Source: Lysobacterales bacterium
GTDB lineage: Bacteria > Pseudomonadota > Gammaproteobacteria > Xanthomonadales > Xanthomonadaceae
Assembly: GCA_019510125.1 (NCBI GenBank)
Contig: JAEKKX010000005.1
Span: 46,009-110,008, forward strand
Length of the DNA stretch: 64,000 bases
Direction: 5' to 3'
Within the stretch, counting starts at the first letter, position 1. Every line of letters begins with the position of its first letter. Below, piece after piece: positions 11,012 to 22,356 of this stretch. The notes under the pieces were generated by a model. It searched no databases, was not told the origin of the DNA, and worked only from the letters and a program-made list of their open reading frames with translations. The position numbers were made by a program, and so were the translations under genes.

Positions 11012-11881
11012 ATGTACGAACGCTGGATGGCATGGCTGGACAAGCGCGACTGGCTCGCGGTGATCAGCGACTGGGGCCTGCGCGCGCTCGGCGCGCTGCT
11101 GCTGCTGTATGTCGGCATCCGCCTGGCGCGGAAGGTCTCGCGGCTGGCCGAGAACGCGCTGCTGCGCGCCGAGGTGGACGTCACCGCGGCGATGTTCCTG
11201 CGCAAACTGGTCTATGTCGGCCTGCTGGTCGTGGTCGTGCTGGCGGTGCTGCAGGTGTTCAACGTGCCGGTCAGCTCCGCCTTCGCGGTGCTCGGCGCCG
11301 CCGGCCTGGCGATCGGCCTGGCGCTGAAGGATTCGCTGTCGAACGTGGCCTCGGGCGTCGGCCTGGTCACGCTCAAGCCGTTCCGGGTCGGCGACACGGT
11401 GACCATCTCCGGGATGACCGGCAAGGTCGAGGCGGTCAGCATCTTCCAGACCGTGCTGCGCGGCGCGGACAACCAGACGATCACGCTGCCGAACAGCCTC
11501 ATCACCACCGCGCCGATCGTCAACTTCACGCCCGGCAAGATGCGCCGGATCGAGCTGGTGATCGGCATCGACTACGGCGACGACATCGAGACCGCGCGCA
11601 AGGCCGCGCTGGACGTGATGCTCGCCGACGCGCGCGTGCTGCGCGATCCGCCGCCGGACGTGCTGGTGTATGCGCTCGCCGACAGCAGCGTCAACCTCGG
11701 CATCCGCTGCCACGTCGCCAACGACGACTATTTCCAGACCAAGTGCGAGCTGCTGGAACGGATCAAGCGCGCCTTCGACGACGGCGGGATCAACATCCCG
11801 TACCCGCAGCAGGACATGCACCTGTTCGTGCGCGGCGCGGACGGCGAGCGCGTGGAAGTGGGCAAGGCGCTGGCGCGCTAG
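11012..11881 (+). CDS. Small-conductance mechanosensitive channel (MscS family)
   Basis: A 289-aa ORF with three N-terminal TM helices followed by the conserved MscS beta-domain motif PFRVGDTVTISGMTGKVEAVSIFQTVL. Confidence 0.85.
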   Translation: MYERWMAWLDKRDWLAVISDWGLRALGALLLLYVGIRLARKVSRLAENALLRAEVDVTAAMFLRKLVYVGLLVVVVLAVLQVFNVPVSSAFAVLGAAGLAIGLALKDSLSNVASGVGLVTLKPFRVGDTVTISGMTGKVEAVSIFQTVLRGADNQTITLPNSLITTAPIVNFTPGKMRRIELVIGIDYGDDIETARKAALDVMLADARVLRDPPPDVLVYALADSSVNLGIRCHVANDDYFQTKCELLERIKRAFDDGGINIPYPQQDMHLFVRGADGERVEVGKALAR

Positions 11882-11902
11882 GCCGGCGCGCCGGCCGCCG
11901 AA

Positions 11903-12487
11903 TCAGGCCCGGACAGCGGCGAGCTCGCCGAGACGGGCGCGGTAGTGGCGCAGTTCGGTGATCGAGTCGCGGACGTCGCTGAGCGCGGTGTGCGCCGATT
12001 CCTTCTGCACGCCCTGCAGCACCTGCGGCGCCCAGCGCCGGGCGAGTTCCTTGAGCGTGCTGACGTCGAGGTTGCGGTAGTGGAAGTAGCGTTCCAGCTC
12101 GGGCATCAGCCGGTGCAGGAAACGCCGGTCCTGGCAGATCGAATTGCCGCACATCGGCGACGCCTTCGGGCCGACCCACGCCTGCAGGAATTCGAGCGTG
12201 CGGCGTTCGGCCTCCGCCATCGGCACGCCCCGGGTCAGCACCCGGTCCCACAGGCCCGACTTGCCGTGCTGGTTGCGGTTCCAGTCGTCCATCGCCTCGA
12301 GGGTGGCGAGGTCGTGGGCGATCGCGAACTCCGGACCTTCGGCCAGGATCTGCAGGTTCGCGTCGGTGACGACGGTGGCGATCTCGATGATGGAATCGCG
12401 GTCGGTGTCGAGCCCGGTCATCTCCAGGTCGATCCAGATCAGGCGGCCTTCGGAGGGCAGGCTCTCGTTCGCGGTCGGGGTCGCCAT
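11903..12487 (-). CDS. orn: Oligoribonuclease
   Basis: A 194-aa ORF with DEDDh exonuclease motifs ([35 protein letters not shown]). Confidence 0.93.
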   Translation of the reverse strand: MATPTANESLPSEGRLIWIDLEMTGLDTDRDSIIEIATVVTDANLQILAEGPEFAIAHDLATLEAMDDWNRNQHGKSGLWDRVLTRGVPMAEAERRTLEFLQAWVGPKASPMCGNSICQDRRFLHRLMPELERYFHYRNLDVSTLKELARRWAPQVLQGVQKESAHTALSDVRDSITELRHYRARLGELAAVRA

Positions 12488-12553
12488 GCGGCTCGCAAGA
12501 GAAGTCGTAAACCCGCATCATAGCCCACCTCCCCGTCCCGCCACGGACCTCCC

Positions 12554-13015
12554 ATGGCGCTGTCCATCCCGACCGACCACCACACCATCCTGACCGCGAT
12601 GCTGGCGCCGGCCCTGCTCATGGCCGCCACCGGCTCGCTGCTGGTGTCGGCCAACGCGCGACTGGCGCGGGTGGTCGACCGGCTGCGTTCCCTGATCGTG
12701 GCCTGGGAACAGGACGCGCCGGACCGCAACGAGCGCGACACCCAGATCAGCCGCCATCGCCATCGCGCCGCGCTGGTGCTGCACGCCTGCCGGCTGCTGT
12801 ACGCCGCCCTCGCCTGCTTCATCGGCACCAGCCTCGCGCTCGCCGCCGATGCGCTGCTCGGTTTTCCCATCGTCGGCGCGGTGCCGACGGTGCTGGCGGT
12901 GCTCGGCATGCTCTGCCTGCTCGGCGCCAGCCTCAACATGGGCCGCGAGGTCGGGCTGTCGGTAAAGAGCTTCGACGAGGAACTCGACCACGAACTGGCG
13001 CGCCGGCGCGGCTGA
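12554..13015 (+). CDS. DUF2721-like small membrane protein
   Basis: A 153-aa ORF with three hydrophobic segments separated by an amphipathic Arg-rich helix. The family assignment is from memory of similar proteins. Confidence 0.55.
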   Translation: MALSIPTDHHTILTAMLAPALLMAATGSLLVSANARLARVVDRLRSLIVAWEQDAPDRNERDTQISRHRHRAALVLHACRLLYAALACFIGTSLALAADALLGFPIVGAVPTVLAVLGMLCLLGASLNMGREVGLSVKSFDEELDHELARRRG

Positions 13016-13040
13016 GGCGCGGCGGCCGGGTCAGCCCCGG

Positions 13041-13096
13041 CAAGCCCGGCACGCCCGGCACGCCCGGCACGCCCGGACGCGCCCGGACACGCCCGG
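13041..13096. repeat. Short tandem array, 9-10-nt unit (GCACGCCCG-like), 6 units
   Basis: The units read gcaagcccg / gcacgcccg x3 / gacgcgcccg / gacacgcccg. They abut the REP-like inverted repeat directly. Confidence 0.8.
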
Positions 13097-13197
13097 TAGA
13101 GCGGCCTTCAGGCCGCTGCTTTCGGGTTCATCTCGGAACGGACCCATCTCGAGGCGGACTCGACTCGAAACGGCAGCGGCCTGAAGGCCGCTCTACC
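13096..13197. repeat. REP-like inverted repeat pair (25-nt perfect arms, 52-nt spacer)
   Basis: The arms are ggtagagcggccttcaggccgctgc (13096-13120) and gcagcggcctgaaggccgctctacc (13173-13197). Each arm is also an internal palindrome (agcggcc-ttca-ggccgct). The element is intergenic. Confidence 0.8.
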
Positions 13198-13262
13198 AAG
13201 GGCGCAGGCGTGATCGGGGGCACGGGCGCCGGCCGGCCGCGTGATCGCGGCGCGACACGCGG

Positions 13263-13892
<630 letters not shown>

Positions 13893-13980
13893 TCATCCGG
13901 CAGGTTTTCCCCGCCGGCCGTTGCGGTTAGGCTCGAACCGGAAGGATTCCGCGCCCAGCGCACACGACAGGGGAAGTTCG

Positions 13981-16900
13981 ATGACCGCACCGACCGATCC
14001 GTCCATCGCCACCGCCGGCGAGAGCACGCACACGCCCGTCCGCCTGCCGCCGACGCTGCCGCCGGAGCCCTGCTGCTGCGACGGCGACCCGATCGAAGGC
14101 CTCAAGCAGCTCTTCGTCGACTACTTCCAGGGCCGCGGCATGGCCGCCGGCCGCGACCCGGCGACGCGGCCGGTGTTCCTGCGCCTGCACGGCGTCGCCC
14201 ACGGCCGGTTCGTGGTCGATCCGGACCTGCCGCCGGCGCTGCGCGTGGGCGTGTTCGGGCAGCAGGCCGAGTACCCGGCCTGGGTCCGGTTTTCGTCCGA
14301 CCTCCAGCCGGGCGCGCCCGACCTCAAGGGCACCTGCGGCATCGGCATCAAGCTGTTCGGCGTGAAAGGCGAAAAACTGCTGGCGCCCGACGAGGCCGCG
14401 GTCACCCACGATTTCATCCTGCAGAACCACGACGTGTTCTTCGTCGACACCGCGCAGGACATGTGCGAATTCACCTGCGCCTCGCTGCACGGCAAGGGCG
14501 ACGCCTACCTGGCGGCGCATCCGGTCACCCGGCAGGTGCTGGACGCGATGGAGAAGGTCGTCGATTCGGTGCTGGCCACGCCGTACTGGAGCGTGCTGCC
14601 GTACCGCTTCGGCGACGCGCGCTACGTCAAGTACAAACTCGAGCCGCTGGACGCGCCGCCGGCGGAAGCCGCGCCGGACTTCGACGACCCGTTCTACCTG
14701 CGCGCCGACCTGCACGCGCGGCTGCGCAAGGGCGTGGCCCGGTTCCGCTTCCTCGCCCAGTTCCGCACCGACGAGGCGACGATGCCGCTCGACGCCGCGA
14801 CCGTGCGCTGGGACGAGGACGCCAGCCCGCCGGTCGCACTGGGCATTCTCGAACTGCCGCTGCAGGACCTCGACGCCCGCGGCCAGTCCGCCTACGGCGA
14901 GAATCTCGCCTGGAACCCGTGGCACGCGCTGCCCGAGCATGCGCCGGTCGGCAGCCTGTCGGACGCGCGCAAGGTCGTCTATCGCGCCTCGGCCGCGAAC
15001 CGCCGCAACGTCAACGGCGTCGCACAGGGCGAACCGGCGGCGCCGCGCCCGGCGGAGTACGCCCCGGGCGTGCCCTACCCGGCGGCGAAGGACACCCGCA
15101 TCGTCCGCGCCGCGATCCACCCGGCGATCGGCATCGCCCGCGTCGGCGACAGCCGCGACGACTTCTTCATCGGTCCGCAGGTGACGACGCCGCCGTGCGC
15201 GCCGGAGGGCTTCTATCGCGACGCCACCGGCGCGCTGAAGCGCGAGGCCGCCGAGTTCCGGATCTACGGCTACAACGCGGCCGGTGAGGTGGTCCGCGAA
15301 CTCACCGCCGACTGGGCCGACATCGCCTGGACCGTCCACCTCGCCAACCGCAAGGCGGCCTGGTACCAGTGGCAGATCGCGATGGACATCCCCGAGGCGG
15401 CGAGCACCGTGCTGCCGCTGCGCAACGCGAAGGTCAAGGATCGAGACAGCCTGGTGATCGACGCCGGCCCGCAGCGGATCGCCGGGCGCGGCGCGGCGCC
15501 GGTGGTCTGCGGCGGGACGTTCACCGACGTGCCGGTGACGCTCGGCGAACTGCGCACCGACGCCAGCGGCCGGCTGCTGGTGCTGGGCGGCCACGGGGTC
15601 TCGGCCTCGCCGACCGGCGCCCCGATCTACATCCCGACCGACGGCAACTCCTTCATCAACGCCGACGGCTGGTACGACGACACCTGCGACGGCACGGTGG
15701 ACGCCAGCGTGACGATCGAGGGCCGCGCGATCCCGGTCGCATCGGCCTGGGTGGTGACCGCGCCGCCGAACTACGCGCCGCAGGTCAAGGCCGAGCGCAC
15801 GATGTACGACCTGCTCCACGATCTCTACGTGCAGGCCGGGTGGCTGCCGGCACCGGCGACGGTGTCGTTCGCCGAGGACGTGTATCCGATCCTGCAGCGG
15901 CTCACCGGCCTGCAGTGGGTGAACCAGGGCTTCGCCACCCAGTTCGGCCACGGCGGGCAGTACGACTTCGAGTCGCCGGCGCTGATCGCCCGCCTCTGCG
16001 CGCTGCCGCCGCCGGGCGAATACGATCCGAACGCGGAATTCCGCCGCCAGGTGTTCAACAGCTTCCGCCCGCCGAATCCGCCCGACGGCAACCAGATGCC
16101 GTGGCCGTGGCTGTACGGCGACGCGATGGAAGTGCCCGCCGGCGAGAGCCCGCGCCAGAACGCCGCGATCACCGCCACCCAGTGGACGGTCCTGCAGCGC
16201 TGGGCGAACGGCGATTTCGTGCCCGACTGGGACCCCGCCCGCAAACCGCCCACGTCGATCGACGCGGTGCCGCTGGCGCGGCAGCCGGCGATGCTCGACC
16301 GCGCCGCGCTCGACTACTGCCTCGCCGACGCCTTCCATCCGGGCTGCGAGATGACCTGGCCGATGCGGCACCTGACCCTGTACGACGCGCCGTTCCGCAT
16401 CCGCCGCCGCCCGGCCGGCACCCCGGAGCCCGATTACGGCGCGACCCTCGACCAGGCCACCGCGCTGTCGCCTGGCGGCCCGCTGTACGCGCAGGGGCCC
16501 GGCGACATCAACCGCTGGATGGGCCTGCCATGGCAGGCGGACACGGCCTACTGCCGCGCCGGGTACGACCCCGACTACGATCCGTTCGCGCCGACGTTCT
16601 GGCCCGCGCGCGTGCCCAACCACGTGCTCACCGACGACGACTACCGCATCGTCGTCGACCCCGCGCAGCCGCGGGCGCGACGGATCGAAGCCTTCGTCAA
16701 TCGCACGAGCTGGAACAAGCCGCTGCACGGCAGGACCGCCGAACAGATGCTGCAGATGGTCCGGATCTTCGGCTCGATGGGGCTGCTGGAGGTGCGCGAC
16801 GGCGTCCACGAAGACCCGGCGTTCCCGACGACGATGCTGGTCGCCTCGTACGGGCCGGACGTGGCGCCGGCCGACGCCGGCAGCATGAGCGAGGCCGCGC

Positions 16901-17043
16901 GCGCGCAGCCGATGCTGAAGGCGGCGGTCGCGGACGACGCGCATCCGAAACTGCGCAAGCTGCCGCGCGGCGCGAACTTCGCAAGCCGCGAGGAGGCCGA
17001 CGCCGCGCCGCTGCCGGTGCGTCGCGGCAAGCCGCACGACTGA
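13981..17043 (+). CDS. Fusion protein: N-terminal catalase-related (y4iL-like) heme-type domain plus C-terminal LodA/GoxA-family CTQ-dependent amine/amino-acid oxidase domain (1020 aa)
   Basis: ATG 13981 is preceded by AGGGGA. Residues about 45-345 carry RLHGVAHG, LRVGVF, YPAWVRFSS, GIGIKLFGVKGEKLL, HDFILQNHDVFFV and ARKVVYRASAANRR (Tyr334). Residues about 371-1020 carry IHPAIGIARVGDS, HPGCEMTW (Cys789, nt 16345) and GLPWQADTAYC (Trp851, nt 16531). The first 159 codons of track ORF 13504..17043 overlap tadA and are discarded. Confidence 0.8.
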   Translation: MTAPTDPSIATAGESTHTPVRLPPTLPPEPCCCDGDPIEGLKQLFVDYFQGRGMAAGRDPATRPVFLRLHGVAHGRFVVDPDLPPALRVGVFGQQAEYPAWVRFSSDLQPGAPDLKGTCGIGIKLFGVKGEKLLAPDEAAVTHDFILQNHDVFFVDTAQDMCEFTCASLHGKGDAYLAAHPVTRQVLDAMEKVVDSVLATPYWSVLPYRFGDARYVKYKLEPLDAPPAEAAPDFDDPFYLRADLHARLRKGVARFRFLAQFRTDEATMPLDAATVRWDEDASPPVALGILELPLQDLDARGQSAYGENLAWNPWHALPEHAPVGSLSDARKVVYRASAANRRNVNGVAQGEPAAPRPAEYAPGVPYPAAKDTRIVRAAIHPAIGIARVGDSRDDFFIGPQVTTPPCAPEGFYRDATGALKREAAEFRIYGYNAAGEVVRELTADWADIAWTVHLANRKAAWYQWQIAMDIPEAASTVLPLRNAKVKDRDSLVIDAGPQRIAGRGAAPVVCGGTFTDVPVTLGELRTDASGRLLVLGGHGVSASPTGAPIYIPTDGNSFINADGWYDDTCDGTVDASVTIEGRAIPVASAWVVTAPPNYAPQVKAERTMYDLLHDLYVQAGWLPAPATVSFAEDVYPILQRLTGLQWVNQGFATQFGHGGQYDFESPALIARLCALPPPGEYDPNAEFRRQVFNSFRPPNPPDGNQMPWPWLYGDAMEVPAGESPRQNAAITATQWTVLQRWANGDFVPDWDPARKPPTSIDAVPLARQPAMLDRAALDYCLADAFHPGCEMTWPMRHLTLYDAPFRIRRRPAGTPEPDYGATLDQATALSPGGPLYAQGPGDINRWMGLPWQADTAYCRAGYDPDYDPFAPTFWPARVPNHVLTDDDYRIVVDPAQPRARRIEAFVNRTSWNKPLHGRTAEQMLQMVRIFGSMGLLEVRDGVHEDPAFPTTMLVASYGPDVAPADAGSMSEAARAQPMLKAAVADDAHPKLRKLPRGANFASREEADAAPLPVRRGKPHD

Positions 17044-17050
17044 GGCCGGC

Positions 17051-18166
17051 ATGCGGCCGGGCGACGTCGATGTCGTGATCGCCGGCGGTGGCCCTGCGGG
17101 CGCCGCCGCCGGCCTCGCGCTCGCCCGCGCGGGCCTGCGCGTGCGCCTGTGCGAGCACGACCCCGCGCGCCCGTTCCGGGTGGGCGAAGGCCTGCCGCCG
17201 TCGGCACGCTCGCTGCTGCGCGATCTGGGCGTGCTCGAACGCCTGTCCGCCGACGGGCATCGCCCCAGCCCCGGCACCCTGGCGTTCTGGGGCGGCGACG
17301 CCGCGCATGCGGAGAACACGCTGTTCGGCGTCGGCGGCCACGGTTGGCAGCTCGATCGCGTCCGCTTCGACGCGATGCTGCGCGATGCTGCCGCCGCGGC
17401 CGGCGCGGACGTGCGCCGCGCGACGCTGCGGCTCGATGCCGCCGGCGATGCCCGCACGCCGCATCTGGTGTTCGCTCGCGACGGACACGGCATCGAAACG
17501 CGCTTCGAGGCGCGCTGGCTGATCGACGCCAGCGGCCGCGCGGCGACGTTCGCGCGCGCCATGGGCGCCGCGCGGATCGCGCACGACCGCCTGTTCGCCC
17601 TGCACCAGCGCCTGCACGGCGGCGCCGCGAGCGATCGCGACGGCCGCACCTGGGTCGAGTCGGTCGAGGACGGCTGGTGGTACAGCGTGCTGCTGCCGTC
17701 TGGCGAGCGCCTGGTCGCCTTCCTCTGCGACGCGGATGCGGTCACGCGCCGACGCCTGCTCGGCGATCACGGCCTGTGGCGCCACCTCGCCCGCGCGCCC
17801 CGGCTCCATGCCCTGTGCAGGGCGCACGCGTGGAGGCCGCACGGGCGCGCGCTCGGCGCCGAGGCGTCGAGCGCGGAACTCGATCCCGTCGCCGGCGAAC
17901 GCTGGCTGGCGGTCGGCGATGCCGCCCTCGCCTTCGACCCGCTGTCGTCGAAGGGCATCGCCAGCGCGCTCTACACCGGCCTGCGCGCCGCGGACGCGAT
18001 CCTCGCCTGCGATCGCGGCGACGCCGCCGCGACCGGCGCCTATGCGCGGCACCTGCACGACATCCATCGCGTCTATCGCGAACAACTGCGCGCCTTCCAC
18101 GCGATGGAAACGCGCTGGCCGCACGCGCCTTTCTGGCAGCGACGGCGAACCGCCGCGGTGGCTTGA
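17051..18166 (+). CDS. LodB/GoxB-type FAD-dependent flavoprotein (tryptophan-halogenase/geranylgeranyl-reductase-like fold), predicted CTQ-maturation partner
   Basis: A 371-aa ORF starting 7 nt after the upstream stop. It has the Rossmann motif DVVIAGGGPAGAAAGLALARAG and the later motif WLAVGDAALAFDPLSSKGI. Its size and position match the lodA-lodB operon layout. Confidence 0.75.
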   Translation: MRPGDVDVVIAGGGPAGAAAGLALARAGLRVRLCEHDPARPFRVGEGLPPSARSLLRDLGVLERLSADGHRPSPGTLAFWGGDAAHAENTLFGVGGHGWQLDRVRFDAMLRDAAAAAGADVRRATLRLDAAGDARTPHLVFARDGHGIETRFEARWLIDASGRAATFARAMGAARIAHDRLFALHQRLHGGAASDRDGRTWVESVEDGWWYSVLLPSGERLVAFLCDADAVTRRRLLGDHGLWRHLARAPRLHALCRAHAWRPHGRALGAEASSAELDPVAGERWLAVGDAALAFDPLSSKGIASALYTGLRAADAILACDRGDAAATGAYARHLHDIHRVYREQLRAFHAMETRWPHAPFWQRRRTAAVA

Positions 18167-18206
18167 GGGCGGCTCGGCGGGGAGATCGTTCGACCGGATC
18201 GGCCGG

Positions 18207-18584
18207 TTAGACCCGACCGGCCGCCTCCAGCGCCGCGAACTCGTCGTCGCCGAACAGCCGCGAGCGCACCAGGAAGCGCACGCCCTCGCCGTTCTCCAGC
18301 GAAAACATGCCGCCGCGGCCCTCGACCACGTCGATGACCAGTTGGGTGTGCTTCCAGTACTCGAACTGCGGCCGGCTGATGTAGAACGGCGCGCCGCCGA
18401 TCTCGCCAAGCTGCACGTCCTGGTCGCCGACGATGAAGTCGTCCTGCGGGAAGCACATCGGCGACGACCCGTCGCAGCAGCCGCCGGACTGGTGAAACAG
18501 CACCGGCCCGTGGCGGGCGCGCAGCTTGTCGATCAGCGCGAGCGCCGGCAGGGTCGCGATGACCTGCAGCGGAACATCGGGCAT
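18207..18584 (-). CDS. DUF779 family protein
   Basis: A 125-aa ORF with HQSGGCCDGSSPMCF. It lies immediately downstream of the aldehyde dehydrogenase, as is usual for DUF779. Confidence 0.8.
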   Translation of the reverse strand: MPDVPLQVIATLPALALIDKLRARHGPVLFHQSGGCCDGSSPMCFPQDDFIVGDQDVQLGEIGGAPFYISRPQFEYWKHTQLVIDVVEGRGGMFSLENGEGVRFLVRSRLFGDDEFAALEAAGRV

Positions 18585-18668
18585 GGGCCGCCTCCGGAGG
18601 TTTCGGTGGGGAACGCCCGCGCCGCCGAGGGGGGAGGATCCCGGCGGCGCGGACGTCGTTGGCCGCGG

Positions 18669-20192
<1,524 letters not shown>

Positions 20193-20228
20193 TGAGGGGC
20201 TCCGGGGAGGGGTGGTGCGCCCAATGGC

Positions 20229-20243
20229 GCAAGGCCGGTGCCA
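20229..20243 (-). promoter_or_regulatory. Sigma-54 (-24/-12) promoter of the aldehyde dehydrogenase-DUF779 operon
   Basis: The minus strand reads TGGCAC-CGGCC-TTGC, a perfect TGGCAC-N5-TTGC match. It lies about 37 nt upstream of ATG 20192, with a sigma-54 activator gene divergent. Confidence 0.8.
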
Positions 20244-20299
20244 ACTTCCCGGTGCTGCGCCGCAGCAACGACGAATGCGCGTGCTGGCGCGGAGTTGCG

Positions 20300-20318
20300 G
20301 CGTTGCATGTTGCAACGC
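20300..20318. promoter_or_regulatory. Perfect inverted repeat, candidate enhancer (UAS) for the AcoR-like activator
   Basis: GCGTTGCA-TGT-TGCAACGC lies about 60-90 nt upstream of the sigma-54 promoter, in the divergent intergenic region. Confidence 0.45.
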
Positions 20319-20411
20319 ACAACAAGCGGCGCTTGCGCGACGCGGCGACGTGTGCTGTTTATCGGAACAGCCGCCGCCGCGACTGTCGCAGAATGCGACA
20401 CAGGAGCCGCC

Positions 20412-22310
20412 ATGACCCGCCCGCGCCCCGCCGACGAACTTGCCCATGCCCGCCGTGCGTTCTTCGAGCGCGGCAACCCGGTCGGCGTCGGCGAACTGCC
20501 GCAGACGATCCTGCGCTCGTGGCAGCGCTGTCGCCGCCTCGGCCTGCCGGAGCGCGACACCCCGTCGATCGAACCGGTCCCGGAAAGCCGGCTGCACGAG
20601 ATGCGCGAGCGCAACGAGCGCCTGCGCCGCCTGGCGCGCGCCGAACTCGAACTGCTCGCCGCCGACGCCGACGGCAGCGGCAGCATCGTGGTGCTGACCG
20701 ACGACACCGGCTGGATCCTCGACGCCACCGGACACCCGCAGTTCCTCGACAAGGCCAGCCGCGTCGCGCTGCGGCCCGGCGCGTGCTGGAACGAGGCGCA
20801 GGCCGGGACCAACGCGATCGGGACCGCGATCGTCGAACGTCGCGCGGTCGAGGTGCGCGGCGGCGAGCACTACCGCGCGCCGCACGGCATCCTCACCTGC
20901 ACCGCGACGCCGATCCACGATCCCTACGGCCAGCTCGTCGGCGTGCTCGACATCAGCGGCGACGCCCGCGCCCAGCACCTGCACGCGCTGGGGCTGGTGC
21001 GCATGGCGGTGGCGAACATCGAGCACCGGTTCTTCGAAGGCGGCCTCGACGGCTGCGAACTGCTGCGGCTGCAGCGCGACCCCGCCCTGCTCGGCTCGAC
21101 GCGCGAAGGCCTGCTCGCCTTCCGCAACGGCACGCTGGTGGCGGCCAACCAGGCCGGGCTGGCGCTGGCCGGCATCACCCGCGACGACCTCGGCCGCGTC
21201 GCCTATGAGCTGCTGTTCGACGAGCCGCTGTCGCGGCTGCGCAGCGAGGGCGCGCTGCGCGACCGCTGCGGCCGCGCGCTGTACGGCCGCATCGACGGCG
21301 CGCCGGCGCGCGTGCAGATCGCGCTGCCGCCCGCACGCACGGGCGAACCGCGGCCACGCACCGCGGCGCCGCGCCCGCCGGTGGACGACGGCCCGTTCTT
21401 CGACGCCGCCTGCGCCACCGCGCTGGCGCGCGCGCGCCGGGTGATCGACGCCGGCCTGCCGGTGTTGGTGCAGGGCGAGACCGGCAGCGGCAAGGAAGTG
21501 TTCGCGCGCGCCCTGCACGCGCGCTCGGCGCGCGCCGGCAAACCGTTCGTCGCGGTGAACTGCGCCGCGCTGCCGGAAGGCCTGATCGAAGCGGAACTGT
21601 TCGGCTACGAGGAAGGCGCCTTCACCGGCGCGCGCCGCCACGGCAGCCCGGGCCTGCTCCGCCAGGCGCAGGGCGGCGTGCTGTTCCTCGACGAGATCGG
21701 CGACATGCCGCTGGCCCTGCAGCCGCGCCTGCTGCGGGTGCTGCAGGAGCGCGAGTCGTCGCCGCTGGGCGGCGGCAAGCCGGTGAAGCTCGACTTCGAC
21801 CTGGTCTGCGCCACCCACTGCGATCTCGACGCCGCGGTCGAGGCCGGCCGCTTCCGCGCCGACCTCTATTACCGCATCGCCCACCACCGGGTGCGGCTGG
21901 CGCCGCTGCGCGAATCGGCCGAACGGGGCGACATCGTCGACGCGCTGTGGCGACGGGTCGCCGCCGGGCGCACGCTGTCCGCGGACGCGCGCGCCGCGCT
22001 GGCCGGGCATCGCTGGCCCGGCAACCTGCGCCAGCTCGACGCCTGCCTGCGCACGCTGGTCGCACTGAGCGATCCCGGCGACTGCGTCGGCATGGACGCC
22101 CTGCCCGTCGAGCTCCAGGCGACGGCCGGGACGCCCGCCGCGCCAGCGCCGCGCGCCGGCGGCATCGCCCCGCTGGAGACGCTGGAGGAAACGGCCATGC
22201 GCGATGCGCTGGCCGCCTGCGCCGGCAACGTCGCGCGCGCCGCGCGCCTGCTGGGGGTCAATCGCAGCACCCTGTACCGCCGCGTCGGACGCCCCAAACG
22301 GGCGTCGTGA
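20412..22310 (+). CDS. Sigma-54-dependent transcriptional activator (AcoR/Fis family: GAF-like sensor, AAA+, HTH)
   Basis: ATG 20412 is preceded by AGGAG. The AAA+ motifs are [30 protein letters not shown] and the C-terminal HTH is [19 protein letters not shown]. Confidence 0.9.
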   Translation: MTRPRPADELAHARRAFFERGNPVGVGELPQTILRSWQRCRRLGLPERDTPSIEPVPESRLHEMRERNERLRRLARAELELLAADADGSGSIVVLTDDTGWILDATGHPQFLDKASRVALRPGACWNEAQAGTNAIGTAIVERRAVEVRGGEHYRAPHGILTCTATPIHDPYGQLVGVLDISGDARAQHLHALGLVRMAVANIEHRFFEGGLDGCELLRLQRDPALLGSTREGLLAFRNGTLVAANQAGLALAGITRDDLGRVAYELLFDEPLSRLRSEGALRDRCGRALYGRIDGAPARVQIALPPARTGEPRPRTAAPRPPVDDGPFFDAACATALARARRVIDAGLPVLVQGETGSGKEVFARALHARSARAGKPFVAVNCAALPEGLIEAELFGYEEGAFTGARRHGSPGLLRQAQGGVLFLDEIGDMPLALQPRLLRVLQERESSPLGGGKPVKLDFDLVCATHCDLDAAVEAGRFRADLYYRIAHHRVRLAPLRESAERGDIVDALWRRVAAGRTLSADARAALAGHRWPGNLRQLDACLRTLVALSDPGDCVGMDALPVELQATAGTPAAPAPRAGGIAPLETLEETAMRDALAACAGNVARAARLLGVNRSTLYRRVGRPKRAS

Positions 22311-22356
22311 CCGTGGCGCGGCGACGCCCGCCGCACCGGCGCGTGGGAGCGCGCGA

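Noticed and set aside
13927-17745. 1272-aa minus-strand ORF opposite the LodA-like gene
   Set aside because: It is a shadow ORF. The sense strand carries family motifs along its whole length, while the antisense product is low-complexity Arg/Ala/Gly and has no start context.
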